A DNA stretch of 64,000 nt. Source: Eledone cirrhosa. Its lineage: Eukaryota. Shown here in pieces: positions 13,865 through 27,106 of the stretch. The notes beneath the pieces were generated by a model, which worked only from the letters and a program-made list of their open reading frames with translations, made no database searches and was not told where the DNA came from. Both the position numbers and the translations under genes were made by a program. The stretch's first letter is position 1. The number at the start of each line of letters is the position of its first letter. The DNA is taken from assembly GCA_964016885.1 (NCBI GenBank), contig OZ024764.1:27156001-27220000 (forward strand), in the 5' to 3' direction.

Positions 13865-16800
13865 TTATTAGCCACAGGGGCAGAGATGTCCATAACATTA
13901 CATGACAGAATTATTAGCCACAGGGGCAGAGATTTCCATAACATTACATGTCAGAATTATTAGCCACAGGGGCAGAGATGTCCATAACATTACTTGTCAG
14001 AATTATTAGCCACAGGGGCAGAGATGTCCATAACATTACATGACAGAATTATTAGCCACAGGGGCAGAGATGACCATAACATTACATGACAATTATTAGC
14101 CACAGGGGCAGATATGTCAATAACATTACATGACAGAGTTTCATCTTGCGCTCTCTCTCTCTCGTTTCATCTCGCTCTCCCTCTGTCTCGTTTCATCTCT
14201 GTCTTCCTCTCTCTCGTTTCATCTCGCTCTCTCTCTCTCTCGTTTCATCTCTGTCTTCCTCTCTCTCGTTCCATCTCTGTCTTCCTCTCTCTGGTTCCAT
14301 CTCTCGCTTCCTCTCTCTCGTTTCATCTCTATCTCCCTTCTTTCATCTGTCTCTCTCTCTGTCGTTTCATCTCGCGCTCTCTCTCTCTCGTTTCATCTTG
14401 CGCTCTCTCTCTCTCGTTTCGTCTTGCTCTCTCTCTCTCTCGTTTCATCTCTGTCTTCCTCTCTCTCGTTCCATCTCTCTCTTCCTCTCTCTCGTTCCAT
14501 GTCTCTCATCCTCTCTCTCGTTTCATCTCTATCTCCCTCCTTTCATCTGTCTCTCTCTCTGTCGTTTCATCTCGCGCTCTCTCTCACTCGTTTCATCTTG
14601 CGCTCTCTCTCTCTCGTTTCATCTCGCTCTCTCTCTCGTTTCATCTCTGTCTTCCTCTCTCTCGTTCCATCTCTCTCTTCCTCTCTCTCGTTCCATCTCT
14701 CTCTTCCTCTCTCTCGTTTCATCTCTATCTCCCTTCTTTCATCTGTCTCGCTCTCTGTCGTTTCATCTCGCGCTCTTTCTCTCTCGTTTCATGTCGCGTT
14801 CTCTCTCTCTCGTTTCATCTCGCTCTCTCTCTCTCGTTTCATCTCTGTCTTCCTCTCTCGTGCCATCTCTCTCTTCCTCTCTCTCGTTCCATCTCTCTCT
14901 CCTCTCTCTCGTTTCATCTCGCTCTCCCTCGTTTCATCTCTCTCTCGCTCTCTCGTTTCATCTCTCTCTCCCTCTCATTTCATCTCGCTCTCTCTCTCCT
15001 GTTTCATCTGGCTCTCTCTCTCTCCTGTTTCATCTCGCTCTCTACTCTCGTTTCCTCTCTCTCTCTCGTTTCATCTCTCTCTCCCTCCCGTTTCATCTCG
15101 CTCTCTCTCTCTCATTTCATCTCGCTCTCTCTCTCTCGTTACATCTCGCTCTCCCTCTCTCGTTTCATCCCGCTCTCACTCTCTCATTTCTTCTCGCTCT
15201 CTCTCTCTTGTTTCAACACTCTAATCCCTCACTTGTTTACTATCTCTCAGAATTATTAGCCACAGGGGCAGAGATGACCATAACATTACATGTCAGAATT
15301 ATTAGCCACAGGGGCAGAGATGACCATAACATTACATGACAATTATTAGCCACAGGGGCAGATATGTCAATAACATTACATGACAGAGTTTCATCTCGCG
15401 CTCTCTCTCTCTCGTTTCATCTTGCGCTCTCTCTCTCTCTCGTTTCATCTTGCTCTCTCTCTCGTTTCATCTCTGGCTTCCTCTCTCTCGTTCCATCTCT
15501 CTCTTCCTCTCTCTCGTTCCATCTCTCTCATCCTCTCTCTCGTTTCATCTCTATCTCCCTCCTTTCATCTGTCTCTCTCTCTGTCGTTTCATCTCGCGCT
15601 CTCTCTCTCTCGTTTCATCTCGCGCTCTCTCTGTCACGTTTCATCTCGCTCTCTCTCTCTCTCCTTTCATCTCTGTCTTCCTCTCTCTCGTTCCATCTCT
15701 CTCTTCCTCTCTCTCGTTCCATCTCTCTCTTCCTCTCTCTCGTTTCATCTCTATCTCCCTCGTTTCATCTCTCTCTCGCTCTCTCGTTTCATCTCTCTCT
15801 CCCGCTCGTTTCTTTTCGCTCTCTCTCTCCTGTTTCATCTCGCTCTCTACTCTCGTTTCCTCTCTCTCATTTCCTCTCTCTCTCGTTTTCTCTCTGTCTC
15901 GTTTCATCTCGCACTCTCTCTTTCTCGTTTGATCTCGCTCTCACTCTCTCGTTTCATCTCGCTTCTCTCACTCTCTTGTTTCATCTCGCTCTCTCTCTCT
16001 CTTCCTCTCTCTCTCTTGTTTCAACACTCTAATCCCTCACTTGTTTTATCTCTCTCTAATCCCTCACTTGGTTCATCTCTCTCAGAATTATTAGCCACAG
16101 GGGCAGAGATGTCCATAACATTACATGTCAGAATTATTAGCCACAGGGCAGAGATGTCCATAACATTACATGTCAGAATTATTAGCCACAGGGGCAGAGA
16201 TGTCCATAACATTACATGTCAGAATTATTAGCCACAGGGGCAGAGATGTCCATAACATTACATGACAGAATTATTAGCCACAGGGGCAGAGATGTCCATA
16301 ACATTACATGACAGAATTATTAGCCATAGGGTCAGAGATGTCCATAACATTACATGACAATTATTAGCCCCAAGGGCAGATATGTCGATAACATTACATG
16401 AGAGAGTTTCATCTCGCGCTCTCTCTCTTCCTCTCTCTCGTTTCATCTCGCTCTCTCTCTCGTTTCATCTCTGTCTTCCTCTCTCTCGTTCCATCTCCCT
16501 CTTCCTCTCTCTCGTTCCATCTCTCTCTTCCTCTCTCTCGTTTCATCTCTATCTCCCTCCTTTCATCTGTCTCTCTCTCTGTCGTTTCATCTCGCGCTCT
16601 CTCTCTCTCGTTTCATCTTGCGCTCTCTCTCGTTTCATATCGCTCTCTCTCTCTCTCGTTTCATCTCTGTCTTCCTCTCTCTCGTTCCATCTCTCTCTTC
16701 CTCTCTCTCGTTTCATCTCTATCTCCCTCGTTTCATCTCTCTCTCGATCTCTCGTTTCATCTCTCTCTCCCTCTCGTTTCATCTCGCTCTCTACTCTCGT

Positions 16801-19800
16801 TTCCTCTCTGTCTCGTTCCATCCCGCTCTCTCTCTCTCTCATTACATCTCGCTCTCTCTGTCTCGTTTCATCTCGCTCTCACTCTCTCGTTTCATCTCGC
16901 CTCTCTCACTATCGCGTTTCATCTCGCTCTCTCTCTCTTGGTTCAACACTCTAATCCCTCACTTGTTTTATCTCTCTCTAATCCCTCACTTGTTTCATCT
17001 CTCTCAGAATTATTAGCCACAGGGGCAGAGATGTCCATAACATTACATGTAAGAATTATTAGCCACAGGGGCAGAGATGTCCATAACATTACATGTCAGA
17101 ATTATTAGCCACAGGGGCAGAGATGTCCATAACATTACATGACAGAATTATTAGCCACAGGGGCAGTGATGTCCATAACATTACATGACAATTATTAGCC
17201 CCAAGGGCAGATATGTCCATAACATTACATAACAGAGTTCCATCTCGCGCTCTCTCTCTTCCTCTCTCTCGTTTCATCTCGCTCTCTCTCTCTCTCGTTT
17301 CATCTCGCTCTCTCGTTTCATCTCGCTCTCTCGTTTCATCTCGCTCTCTCGTTTCATCTCGCTCTCTCTCGTTTCATCTCTGTCTTCCTCTCTCTCGTTC
17401 CATCTCTCTCTTCCTCTCTCTCGTTCCATCTCTCTCTTCCTCTCTCTCGTTTCATTTCTATCTCCCTCCTTTCATCTGTCTCTCTCTCTGTCGTTTCATC
17501 TCGCGCTCTCTCTCTCTCGATTGATCTCGCGCTCTCTCTCTCTCGTTTCATCTCGCTCTCTCTCTCTCTCGTTTCATCTCTGTCTTCCTCTCTCTCGTTC
17601 CATCTCTCTCTTCCTCCCTCTCTACCTCTCTCTCGTTTCATCTCTATCTCCCTCGTTTCATCTCTCTCTCCCTCTCGTTTCATCTCGCTCTCTCTCTCCT
17701 GTTTCATCTCGCTCTCTACTCTCGTTTCCTCTCTCTCGTTTCCTCTCTGTCTCGTTCCATCCCGCTCTCTCTCTCTCTCATTACATCTCGCTCTCTCTGT
17801 CTCGTTTCATCTCGCTCTCTCTCTCTCTCGTTTCATCTCGCTCTCACTCTCTCGTTTCATCTCGCGTTTCATCTCACTCTCCCTGTCTCATTTCATCTCG
17901 CTCTCTCTCTCTCTTCCTCTCTCTCTCTTGTTTCAACACTCTAATCCCTCACTTGTTTTATCTCTCTCTAATCCCTCACTTGTTTCATCTCTCTCAGAAT
18001 TATTAGCCACAGGGGCAGAGATGTCCATAACATTACATGTCAGAATTATTAGCCACAGGGCAGAGATGTCCATAACATTACATGTCAGAGTTATTAGCCA
18101 CAGGGGCAGAGATGTCCATAACATTACATGTCAGAATTATTATCCACAGGGGCGGAGACGTCCATAACATTACATGACAGAATTATTAGCCACAGGGGCA
18201 GAGATGACCATAACATTACATGACAATTATTAGCCACAGGGGCAGATATATCAATAACATTACATGATAGAGTTTCATCTCGCGCTCTCTCTCTCTCGTT
18301 TCATCTTGCTCTCTCTCTCTCTCGTTTCATCTCTGTCTTCCTCTCTCTCGTTCCATCTCTCTCTTCCTCTCTCTCGTTCTATCTCTCTCATCCTCTCTCT
18401 CGTTTCATCTCTATCTCCCTCCTTTCATCTGTCTCTCTCTGTCGTTTCATCTCGTGCTCTCTCTCTCTCGTTTCATCTCGCGCTCTCTCTGTCTCGTTTC
18501 ATCTCGCTCTCTCTCTCTCTCGTTTCATCTCTGTCTTCCTCTCTCTCGTTCCATCTCTCTCTACCTCTCTCTCGTTCCATCTCTCTCTTCCTCTCTCTCG
18601 TTTCATCTCTATCTCCCTCGTTTCATCTCTCTCTCGCTCTCTCGTTTCATCTCTCTCTCCCTCTCGTTTCATCTCGCTCTCTACTCTCGTTTCCTCTCTC
18701 TCGTTTCCTCTCTGTCTCGTTCCATCCCGCTCTCTCTCTCTCACATTACATCTCGCTCTCTCTGTCTCGTTTCATCTCGCTCTCTCTCTCTCTCGTTTCA
18801 TCTCGCTCTCACTCTCTCGTTTCATCTCGCTTCTCTCACTATTGCGTTTCATCTCGCTCTCCCTGTCTCATTTCATCTCGCTCTCTCTCTCTCTCTTCCT
18901 CTCTCTCTCTTGTTTCAACACTCTAATCCCTCACTTGTTTTATCTCTCTCTAATCCCTCCCTTGTTTCATCTCTCTCAGAATTATTAGCCACTGGGGCAG
19001 AGATGTCCATAACATTACATGTCAGAGTTATTAGCCACAGGGGCAGAGATGTCCATAACATTACATGACAGAGTTTCATCTCGCGCTCTCTCTCTTCCTC
19101 TCTCTCGTTTCATCTCGCTCTCTCTCTCTCTCGTTTCTCCTCTGTCTTTCATCTCTCTCTTCCTCTCTCTCGTTCCATCTCTCTCTTCCTCTCTCTCGTT
19201 TCATCTCTATCTCCCTCCTTTCATCTGTCTCTCTCTCTGTCGTTTCATCTCGCGCTCTCTCTCTCTCGTTTCATCTCGCGCTCTCTCTCTCTCGTTTCAT
19301 CTCGCTCTCTCTCTCTCTCTCGTTTCATCACTGTCTTCCTCTCTCTCGTTCCATCTCTCTCTTCCTCTCTCTCTTCCTCTCTCTCGTTTCATCTCTATCT
19401 CCCTCGTTTCATCTCTCTCTCCCTCTCGTTTCATCTTGCTCTCTCTCTCCTGTTTCATCTCGCTCTCTACTCTCGTTTCCTCTCTCTCGTTTCCTCTCTG
19501 TCTCGTTCCATCCCGCTCTCTCTCTCTCTCATTACATCTCGCTCTCTCTGTCTCGTTTCATCTCGCTCTCTCTCTCTCTCGTTTCATCTCGCTCTCACTC
19601 TCTCGTTTCATCTCGCGTTTCATCTCACTCTCCCTGTCTCATTTCATCTCGCTCTCTCTCTCTCTTCCTCTCTCTCTCTTGTTTCAACACTCTAATCCCT
19701 CACTTGTTTTATCTCTCTCTAATCCCTCACTTGTTTCATCTCTCTCAGAATTATTAGCCACAGGGGCAGAGATGTCCATAACATTACATGTCAGAATTAT

Positions 19801-22800
19801 TAGCCACAGGGCAGAGATGTCCATAACATTACATGTCAGAATTATTAGTCACAGGGGCGGAGACGTCCATAATATTACATGACAGAATTATTAGCCACAG
19901 GGGCAGAGATGACCATAACATTACATGACAATTATTAGCCACAGGGGCAGATATATCAATAACATTACATGATAGAGTTTCATCTCGCGCTCTCTCTCTC
20001 TCGTTTCATCTTGCGCTCTCTCTCTCTCGTTTCATCTTGCTCTCTCTCTCTCTCTCGTTTCATCTCTGTATTCCTCTCTCTCGTTCCATCTCTCTCTTCC
20101 TCTTTCTCGTTCCATCTCTCTCTTCCTCTCTCTCGTTTCATCTCTATCTCCCTCGTTTCATCTCTCTCTCGCTCTCTCGTTTCATCTCTCTCTCCCTCTC
20201 GTTTCATCTCGCTCTCTACTCTCGTTTCCTCTCTCTCGTTTCCTCTCTGTCTCGTTCCATCCCGCTCTCTCTCTCTCTCATTACATCTCGCTCTCTCTGT
20301 CTCGTTTCATCTCGCTCTCTCTCGCTCTCGTTTCATCTCGCTCTCACTCTCTCGTTTCATCTCGCTTCTCTCACTATTGCGTTTCATCTCGCTCTCCCTG
20401 TCTCATTTCATCTCGCTCTCTCTCTCTCTTCCTCTCTCTTGTTTCAACACCCTAATCCCTCACTTGTTTTATCTCTCTCTAATCCCTCACTTGTTTCATC
20501 TCTCTCAGAATTATTAGCCACAGGGGCAGAGATGTCCATAACATTACATGTCAGAGTTATTAGCCACAGGGGCAGAGATGTCCATAACGTTACATGACAA
20601 TTATTAGCCCCAAGGGCAGATATGTCCATAACATTACATGACAGAGTTTCATCTCGCGCTCTCTCTCTCTCGTTTCATCTCGCGCTCTCTCTCTTCCTCT
20701 CTCTCGTTTCATCTCGCTCTCTCTCCCTCTCGTTTCACCTCTGTCTTCCATCACTCTCTTCCTCTCTCTCGTTCCATCTCACTCTTCCTCTCTCTCATTT
20801 CATCTCTCTCTCTCGTTTCATCTCTATCTCTCTCTCTCGTTTCATCTGTCTCTCTCTCTGTCGTTTCAGCTCCCTCTATCTCTCTCTCCCTCTCGTTTCA
20901 TCTCGCTCTCTCTCTCCTGTTTCATCTCGCTCTCTCTCTCTCCTGTTTCATCTCGCTCTCTACTCTCGTTTCCTCTCTCTCTCCCTCCTGTTTCATCTCG
21001 CTCTCTCTCTCTCGTTTCATCTCGCTCTCACTCTCTCGTTTCATCTCGCTCTCTCTCTGTCTCGTTTCATCTCGCTCTCTCTCTCTCATTTCATCTCGCT
21101 CTCTCTCTCTCATTTCATCTCGCTCTCTCTCTCTCGTTTCATCTCGCTCTCACTCTCTCGTTTCATCTCGCTCTCACTCTCTCGTTTCATCTCGCTCTCC
21201 CTGTCTCGTTTCATCTCGCTCACACTCTCTCATTTCATCTCGCTCTCTCTTTCTTCTTTCAACACTCTAATCCCTCACTCGTTTCATCTCTCTCAGAATT
21301 ATTAGCCACAGGGGCAGAGATGTCCATAACATTACATGACAGAATTATTAGCCACAGGGGCAGAGATGACCATAACATTACATGACAATTATTAGCCACA
21401 GGGGCAGATATGTCAATAACATTACATGACAGGGTTTCATCTCGCGCTCTCTCTCTCTCGTTTCCTCTCGCTCTCTCTCTCTCTCGTTTCATCTCTGTCT
21501 TCCTCTCTCTCGTTCCATCTCTCTCTTCCTCTCTCTCGTTCCATCTCTCTCTTCCTCTCTCTCGTTTCATCTGTCTCTCTCTCTGTCATTTCATCTCGCG
21601 CTCTCTCTCTCTCGTTTCATCTTGCGCTCTCTCTCTCTCATTTCATCTCTCTCTTCCTCTCTCTCGTTTCATCTCTATCTCCCTCGTTTCATCTCTCTAT
21701 CGCTCTCTCGTTTCATCTCTCTCTCCCTCTCGTTTCATCTCGCTCTCTCTCTTCTGTTTCATCTCGCTCTCTCTCTCTCCTGTTTCATCTCGCTCTCTAC
21801 TCTCGTTTCCACTCTCTCTCGTTTCATCTCTCTCTCCCTCCCGTTTCATCTCGCTCTCTCTCTCTCTCGTTTCATCTCGCTCTCACTCTCTCGTTTCATC
21901 TCGTTCTCTCTCTGTCTCGTTTCTTCTCGCTCTCTCTCTCTCATTTCATCTCGCTCTCTCTCTCTCATTTCATCTCGCTCTCTCTCTCTCGTTTCATCTC
22001 GCTCTCACTCTCTCGTTTCATCTCGCTCTCACTCTCTCGTTTCATCTCACTCTCCCTGTCTCGTTTCATCTCGCTCACACTCTCTCATTTCATCTCGCTC
22101 TCTCTCTCTTGTTTCAACATTCTAATCCCTCACTTGTTTCATCTCTCTCAGAATTATTAGCCACAGGGGCAGAGATGACCATAACATTACATGTCAGAAT
22201 TATTAGCCACAGGGGCAGAGATGTCCATAACATTACATGTCAGAATCATTAGCCACAGGGGCAGAGATGTCCATAACATTACATGACAGAGTTTCATCTC
22301 GCTCTCTCTCTCTCTCGTTTCATCTCTGTCTTCCTCTCTCTCGTTCTATCTCTCTCTTGCTCTCTCTCGTTCCATCTCTATCTTCATCTCTCTCGTTTCA
22401 TCTCTATCTCCCTCCTTTCATCTGTCTCTCTCTCTGTCGTTTCATCTCGCGCTCTCTCTCTCTCGTTTCATCTCGCGCTCTCTCTCTCTTTCTCTCTCTC
22501 GTTTCATCTCTATCTCCCTCGTTTCATCTGTCTCTCGCTCTTTCGTTTCATCTCTCTCTCCCTCTCGTTTCATCTCGCTCTCTACTCTCGTTTCCTCTCT
22601 CTCGTTTCCTCTCTGTCTCGTTCCATCCCGCTCTCTCTCTCTCTCATTACATCTCGCTCTCTCTGTCTCGTTTCATCTCGCTCTCTCTCTCTCTCGTTTC
22701 ATCTCGGTCTCACTCTCTCGTTTCATCTCGCTTCTCTCACTCTCGTGTTTCATCTCGCTCTCCCTGTCTCATTTCATCTCGCTCTCTCTCTCTCTTCCTC

Positions 22801-24250
22801 TCTCTCTCTTGTTTCAACACTCTAATCCCTCACTTGTTTTATCTCTCTCTAATCCCTCACTTGTTTCATCTCTCTCAGAATTATTAGCCACAGGGGCAGA
22901 GATGTCCATAACATTACATGTCAGAATTATTAGCCACAGGGCAGAGATGTCCATAACATTACATGTCAGAATTATTAGCCACAGGGGCAGAGATGTCCAT
23001 AACATTACATGACAGAATTATTAGCCACAGGGGCAGAGATGTCCATAACATTACATGTCAGAATTATTAGACACAGGGCAGAGATGTCCATAACATTACA
23101 TGCCAGAATTATTAGCCACAGGGGCAGAGATGTCCATAACATTACATGTCAGAATTATTAGCCACAGGGGCCGAGATGTCCATAACATTACATGAAAGAA
23201 TTATTAGCCACAGGGGCAGAGATGTCCATAACATTACATGACAGAATTATTAGCCACAGGGGCAGAGATGTCCATAACATTACATGACAATTATTAGCCC
23301 CAAGGGCAGATATGTCCATAACATTACATGACAGAGTTTCATCTGGCGCTCTCTCTCTTCCTCTCTCTCGTTTCATCTCTGTCTTCCTCTCTCTCGTTCC
23401 ATCTCTCTCTTCCTCTCGCTCGTTCCATCTCTCTCTTCCTCTCTCTCGTTTCATCTCTATCTCCCTCCTTTCATCTGTCTCTCTCTCTGTCGTTTCATCT
23501 CGCGCTCTCTCTCTCTCGTTTCATCTCGCGCTCTCTCTCTCTCGTTTCATCTCTCTCTCTCTCTCGTTTCATCTCTGTCTTCCTCTCTCTCGTTCCATCT
23601 CTCTCTTCCTCTCTCTCGTTTCATCTCTATCTCCCTCGTTTCATCTCTCTCTCCCTCTCGTTTCATCTCGCTCTCTCTCTCCTGTTTCATCTCGCTCTCT
23701 ACTCTCGTTTCCTCACTCTCGTTTCCTCTCTCTCTCGTTTCCTCTCTGTCTCGTTCCATCCCGCTCTCTCTCTCTCTCATTACATCTCGCTCTCTCTGTC
23801 TCATTTCATCTCGCTCTCTCTCTCTCTCGTTTCATCTCGCTCTCACTCTCTCGTTTCATCTCGCTTCTCTCACTCTCGCGTTTCATCTCGCTCTCCCTGT
23901 CTCATTTCATCTCGCTCTCTCTCTCTCTTCCTCTCTCTCTCTTGTTTCAACACTCTAATCCCTCACTTGTTTTATCTCTCTCTAATCCCCCACGTGTTTC
24001 ATCTCTCTCAGAATTATTAGCCACAGGGGCAGAGATGTCCATAACATTACATGTCAGAATTATTAGCCACAGGGCAGAGATGTCCATAACATTACATGTC
24101 AGAATTATTAACCACAGGGGCAGAGATGTCCATAACATAACATGACAGAATTATTAGCCACAGGGGCAGAGATGTCCATAACATTACATGACAGAATTAT
24201 TAGCCACAGGGGCAGATATGTCCATAACATTACATGACAGAGTTTCATCT
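13865..24250 (-). repeat. Same composite satellite in inverted orientation: 11 CT-rich blocks separated by shorter 46-bp minisatellite blocks
   Basis: Monomers are reverse complements (CTCGTTTCATCTCGC; GAATTATTAGCCACAGGGGCAGAGATGTCCATAACATTACATGACA). The orientation switch is at CTAATAA-TGCTGAT-TTATTAG (13851-13871). Confidence 0.97.
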
Positions 24251-24419
24251 GGTTGGAGTAATAACAGTCTTGTTTATGTATATACACACATATATACATA
24301 TATATATATATATATGTTTGTTCTTGTATTTCTATAGAAAAGGTAAAGAAAAGAAGAATGCTCTATGTATTGTACAGAGCTGTTTAATTACATAATAAAC
24401 AACAGAATATAATTATTCC

Positions 24420-26774
24420 ATGCAAATAGTCTTAGAATGGAAAACATTCAGACAGAGAAGAATGGATAATGAGCGTCGTAAGAGAAATTGGCCAACAATT
24501 AATATTAATGGAAATCTAGAAGAATTTCATATTAGTGATATGAATGTTTCGTGTGATCACTGTGAAGCTTTGAAATTTAGAAATGAAAATTGTAACTGTT
24601 GTAATAAAGGAAAGGTTGTGTTGCCTCCATTGCAAATATACCCCGAGAGACTGAGAAATCTCTTTGAAAGAGGCCAGGAAGCAGTTGATTTCACAGAAAC
24701 GTCTGCAATTAAAACTACATTTATTTCACTTCATTTGGTGTTACCACCCGGCAGAGGCCCGTATAGCTTTCATATTCAGGGTCAAACATATCACTACACC
24801 CCCATCTCTGTAACCTGCAGAAAATACACCACAATATGGCCAGTTATATATTATTGATGGGAACGAAGGTGTGTAGCACAGATTGGAAGTACGACCAAAT
24901 AATTGTTTCTGGCACAAGGCCAGCAATTACTGGTACTTTATTCTATCGACCTCATAAGGATGAAAACAAAGTCAACCTTGGAGGGATTTGAACCCAGAAC
25001 GTAAAGGGCCATAACCCTATGCTGCAAAGCATGGTGTCTGACGCTCTACCGATACTGCCAATCCACCGCCCTAGTACCAAAAAATAATGAGTGCTCACCA
25101 CAAAAAATGGCTATGATAAGAGAGGTGTTGCGTGATGTAATCCATATGTCGATGTGTACAATACAATGCATGGCATCAAACAGCAAAGTGCAAGAAGAGA
25201 AAATTGTTGTGTACAGAACTGTAAATTAAGATTTAGAAGAGGATCAGATATGAGCTGCTATAATTTACCAACTAGTAATGATAGCTGTTGTTTTGTGGGG
25301 GATTGAGGGCAGACCACCTGTACAAAGAGATATTATCATCTTTCCTAAAGACCATCCTCCTCAGAAAATATCACATAATTCATGCCACTTGGACCTCATG
25401 ACCAACCCATAATGGTGAATTTTGGTGGCATAGTGACATGGAGAGGAATGCAGGACCTGTGTTTGCAATAGACTGACAATGCAGGAGTATTACATATACA
25501 GTATAGCATATAGAGGAGGATTTAGTGCGATATATAGGGCAGGTAAATTATTTTAGCAGTATTTAGTGTAAGCCTATATGAAAGTAGGGGGATGCAGGCT
25601 TCAATATTTGAGGAACAATCAAGCCCAATTGTGAGTGGATGAGTATAATGGTTTAATGAATTATCTAAACAGATGATAACACTGAGCCTTAAGAAATGAA
25701 GACAAGATAAGAAACAGAGAAGACATTGACAGAATCGTGTCAGCAGAAATACCTGCATTGGAAGATGATCAAGTACTACATGAGCAGGTTTAAAAGTTTA
25801 TGATACACGGGCCATGTGGTTCTGGAAACCCTTTTCCCCCATTTATACAAAATGGATTTTTCCAAAAGAACTATCCAAAAACCTACAGAAGGGAAACATT
25901 ATTGAACCTAAATGGATACCCAGAGTACAGGAGGTGCAAGACAGGAACTGCAGTGTAAATTGGATGACATTCAGTAGATAACAGGAATGTTGTGCCATTT
26001 AATGCCTTTTTGATTAAGAAATATTGTGCACATATTAATGTTGAAGTTTGCGCTTCTGTAAAAAGTGTCAAGTACCTCTTTAAATATGTTACATGGGGCA
26101 TGATTGTACATCTATAGAAGTAACGAATAATGCATTACCTAATGAGGCTCAGAACCAACACAACCATGATGAAATAAGAACCTATCTTTGTTGCAGGTAT
26201 GTGTCTCAGCCAGAAGCAGTGTCGTGTCTGTCCGAATTTAAGCTTCATGGTACATCACATACATTATACAGCCTAGCCACACACCTGGAGAACAAACAGA
26301 GTTTACTTTCAAAGAGGCAATGCTCAGGTTGTGGTAGAAATGCAGGGACCCTTGCTGCCTGGTTCAAGCTAAATGAACTTGCTTACACCTTCTGGGATGC
26401 CGCCTCACAAACTCCAATTAAAAGCAGGATCAATAATAATGCTTCTATGGAATATTTCAATCCAGAACAGATTATGTAATGGCACAAGATTAGAAGTAGT
26501 AGAACTGCATAAACATTTTATCAAAGCTTCTCATATCTATGGTCCTTTGATGGGCAGGTGTGTTTTGATCCCAAGACTGAAGTTAGCCCCCAGTGGTGCC
26601 AACATCCTTTTTACTTTGGAAAGACCCCAGTTTCCATTAAGACTGTCATATGCCATGACAATCAACAAGAACCATGGTCAAATACATGATAAAGTGGGTC
26701 TGTTCCTCCCTGAGCAAGTATTTAACCCTGGACAATTGTATGTTGCTTTTTCAAGAGTTCACAGACAGATGTAA
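24420..26774 (+). pseudogene. Helitron RepHel pseudogene, internally deleted and frameshifted (copy 1)
   Basis: N-terminal Cys cluster CDHCEALKF..CCNKGKVVLPP; PQYGQLYIID; DIDRIVSAEIP; Rep region MIHGPCG..YPK..GYPEYRR..DNRNVVPFN..AHINVEVCASVKSVKYLFKYV (25800-26093); DEIRTYL..RYVS..EA; PIF1 C-terminus PSGMPPHKL..LCNGTRL..LIPR..QFPLRLSYAMTINK..GQLYVAFSRV. It has stops, frameshifts and a SINE insertion. The HUH motif and helicase Walker A/B motifs were not seen. Confidence 0.93.
24904..25072 (-). mobile_element. tRNA-derived SINE inserted in the Helitron
   Basis: Minus strand shows A-box TGGCAGTATCGG, B-box GGTTCAAATCC and core GGTTGACTTTGTTTTCATCCTTATGAGGTCGATAGAATAAAGTACC. An imperfect 16-bp target duplication flanks it: AGTACGACCAAATAAT (24888-24903) and AGTACCAAAAAATAAT (25073-25088). 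Confidence 0.85.
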
Positions 26775-26968
26775 AAATTAATCCTAGCAAACCCCCACCA
26801 CTCCTACAACTGTTAGCTGTTAGCCCACCCCCAGCATCACCCAACCTCCGTTCTAGTCCCACCGTTAGAACCAATGCTGCTTACCCTGCCTCTTTTACTA
26901 GTTCACTCCGTCGCTCGAATTTCAAAGCTGGCCCTCTACACTTGGTCGTTGCCAGCTCACCACCTGGT

Positions 26969-27106
26969 TGTGCTCTCTGTGTCCGCACTAGCCGGTACCT
27001 AAACACAATAAAATGTCACCTGTGCTACCAAAACTACCACAGGAACTCTGTCGGCATCAGCAAGGCTCAAGCCGAAAGGCTTCAATACTAGACCTGTAAT
27101 CAGGGC
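26969..27106 (+). pseudogene. Degenerate PHD-type zinc finger
   Basis: Translates as CALC-x11-CHLC-x4-H-RN-S-VG..AERLQY*TCNQG. This is C4HC3 spacing, with C>S, W>stop (TGG>TAG) and C>G each explained by one substitution. Confidence 0.65.

Noticed and set aside
97-24145. Dozens of long Ser/Leu-rich and Arg/Glu-rich ORFs (up to 568 aa), with more at 38704-40155 and 52909-63838
   Set aside because: They are translations of (CT)n/(GA)n satellite that lacks stop codons. They are open in several frames at once and show no domain structure.
24985-25072. Genuine tRNA gene
   Set aside because: A- and B-boxes are present but there is no cloverleaf. It is followed by a SINE core and flanked by a target duplication.
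24420-26774. Functional PIF1 helicase or active Helitron gene
   Set aside because: It has multiple stops and frameshifts, a SINE insertion, and lacks the HUH and Walker motifs.
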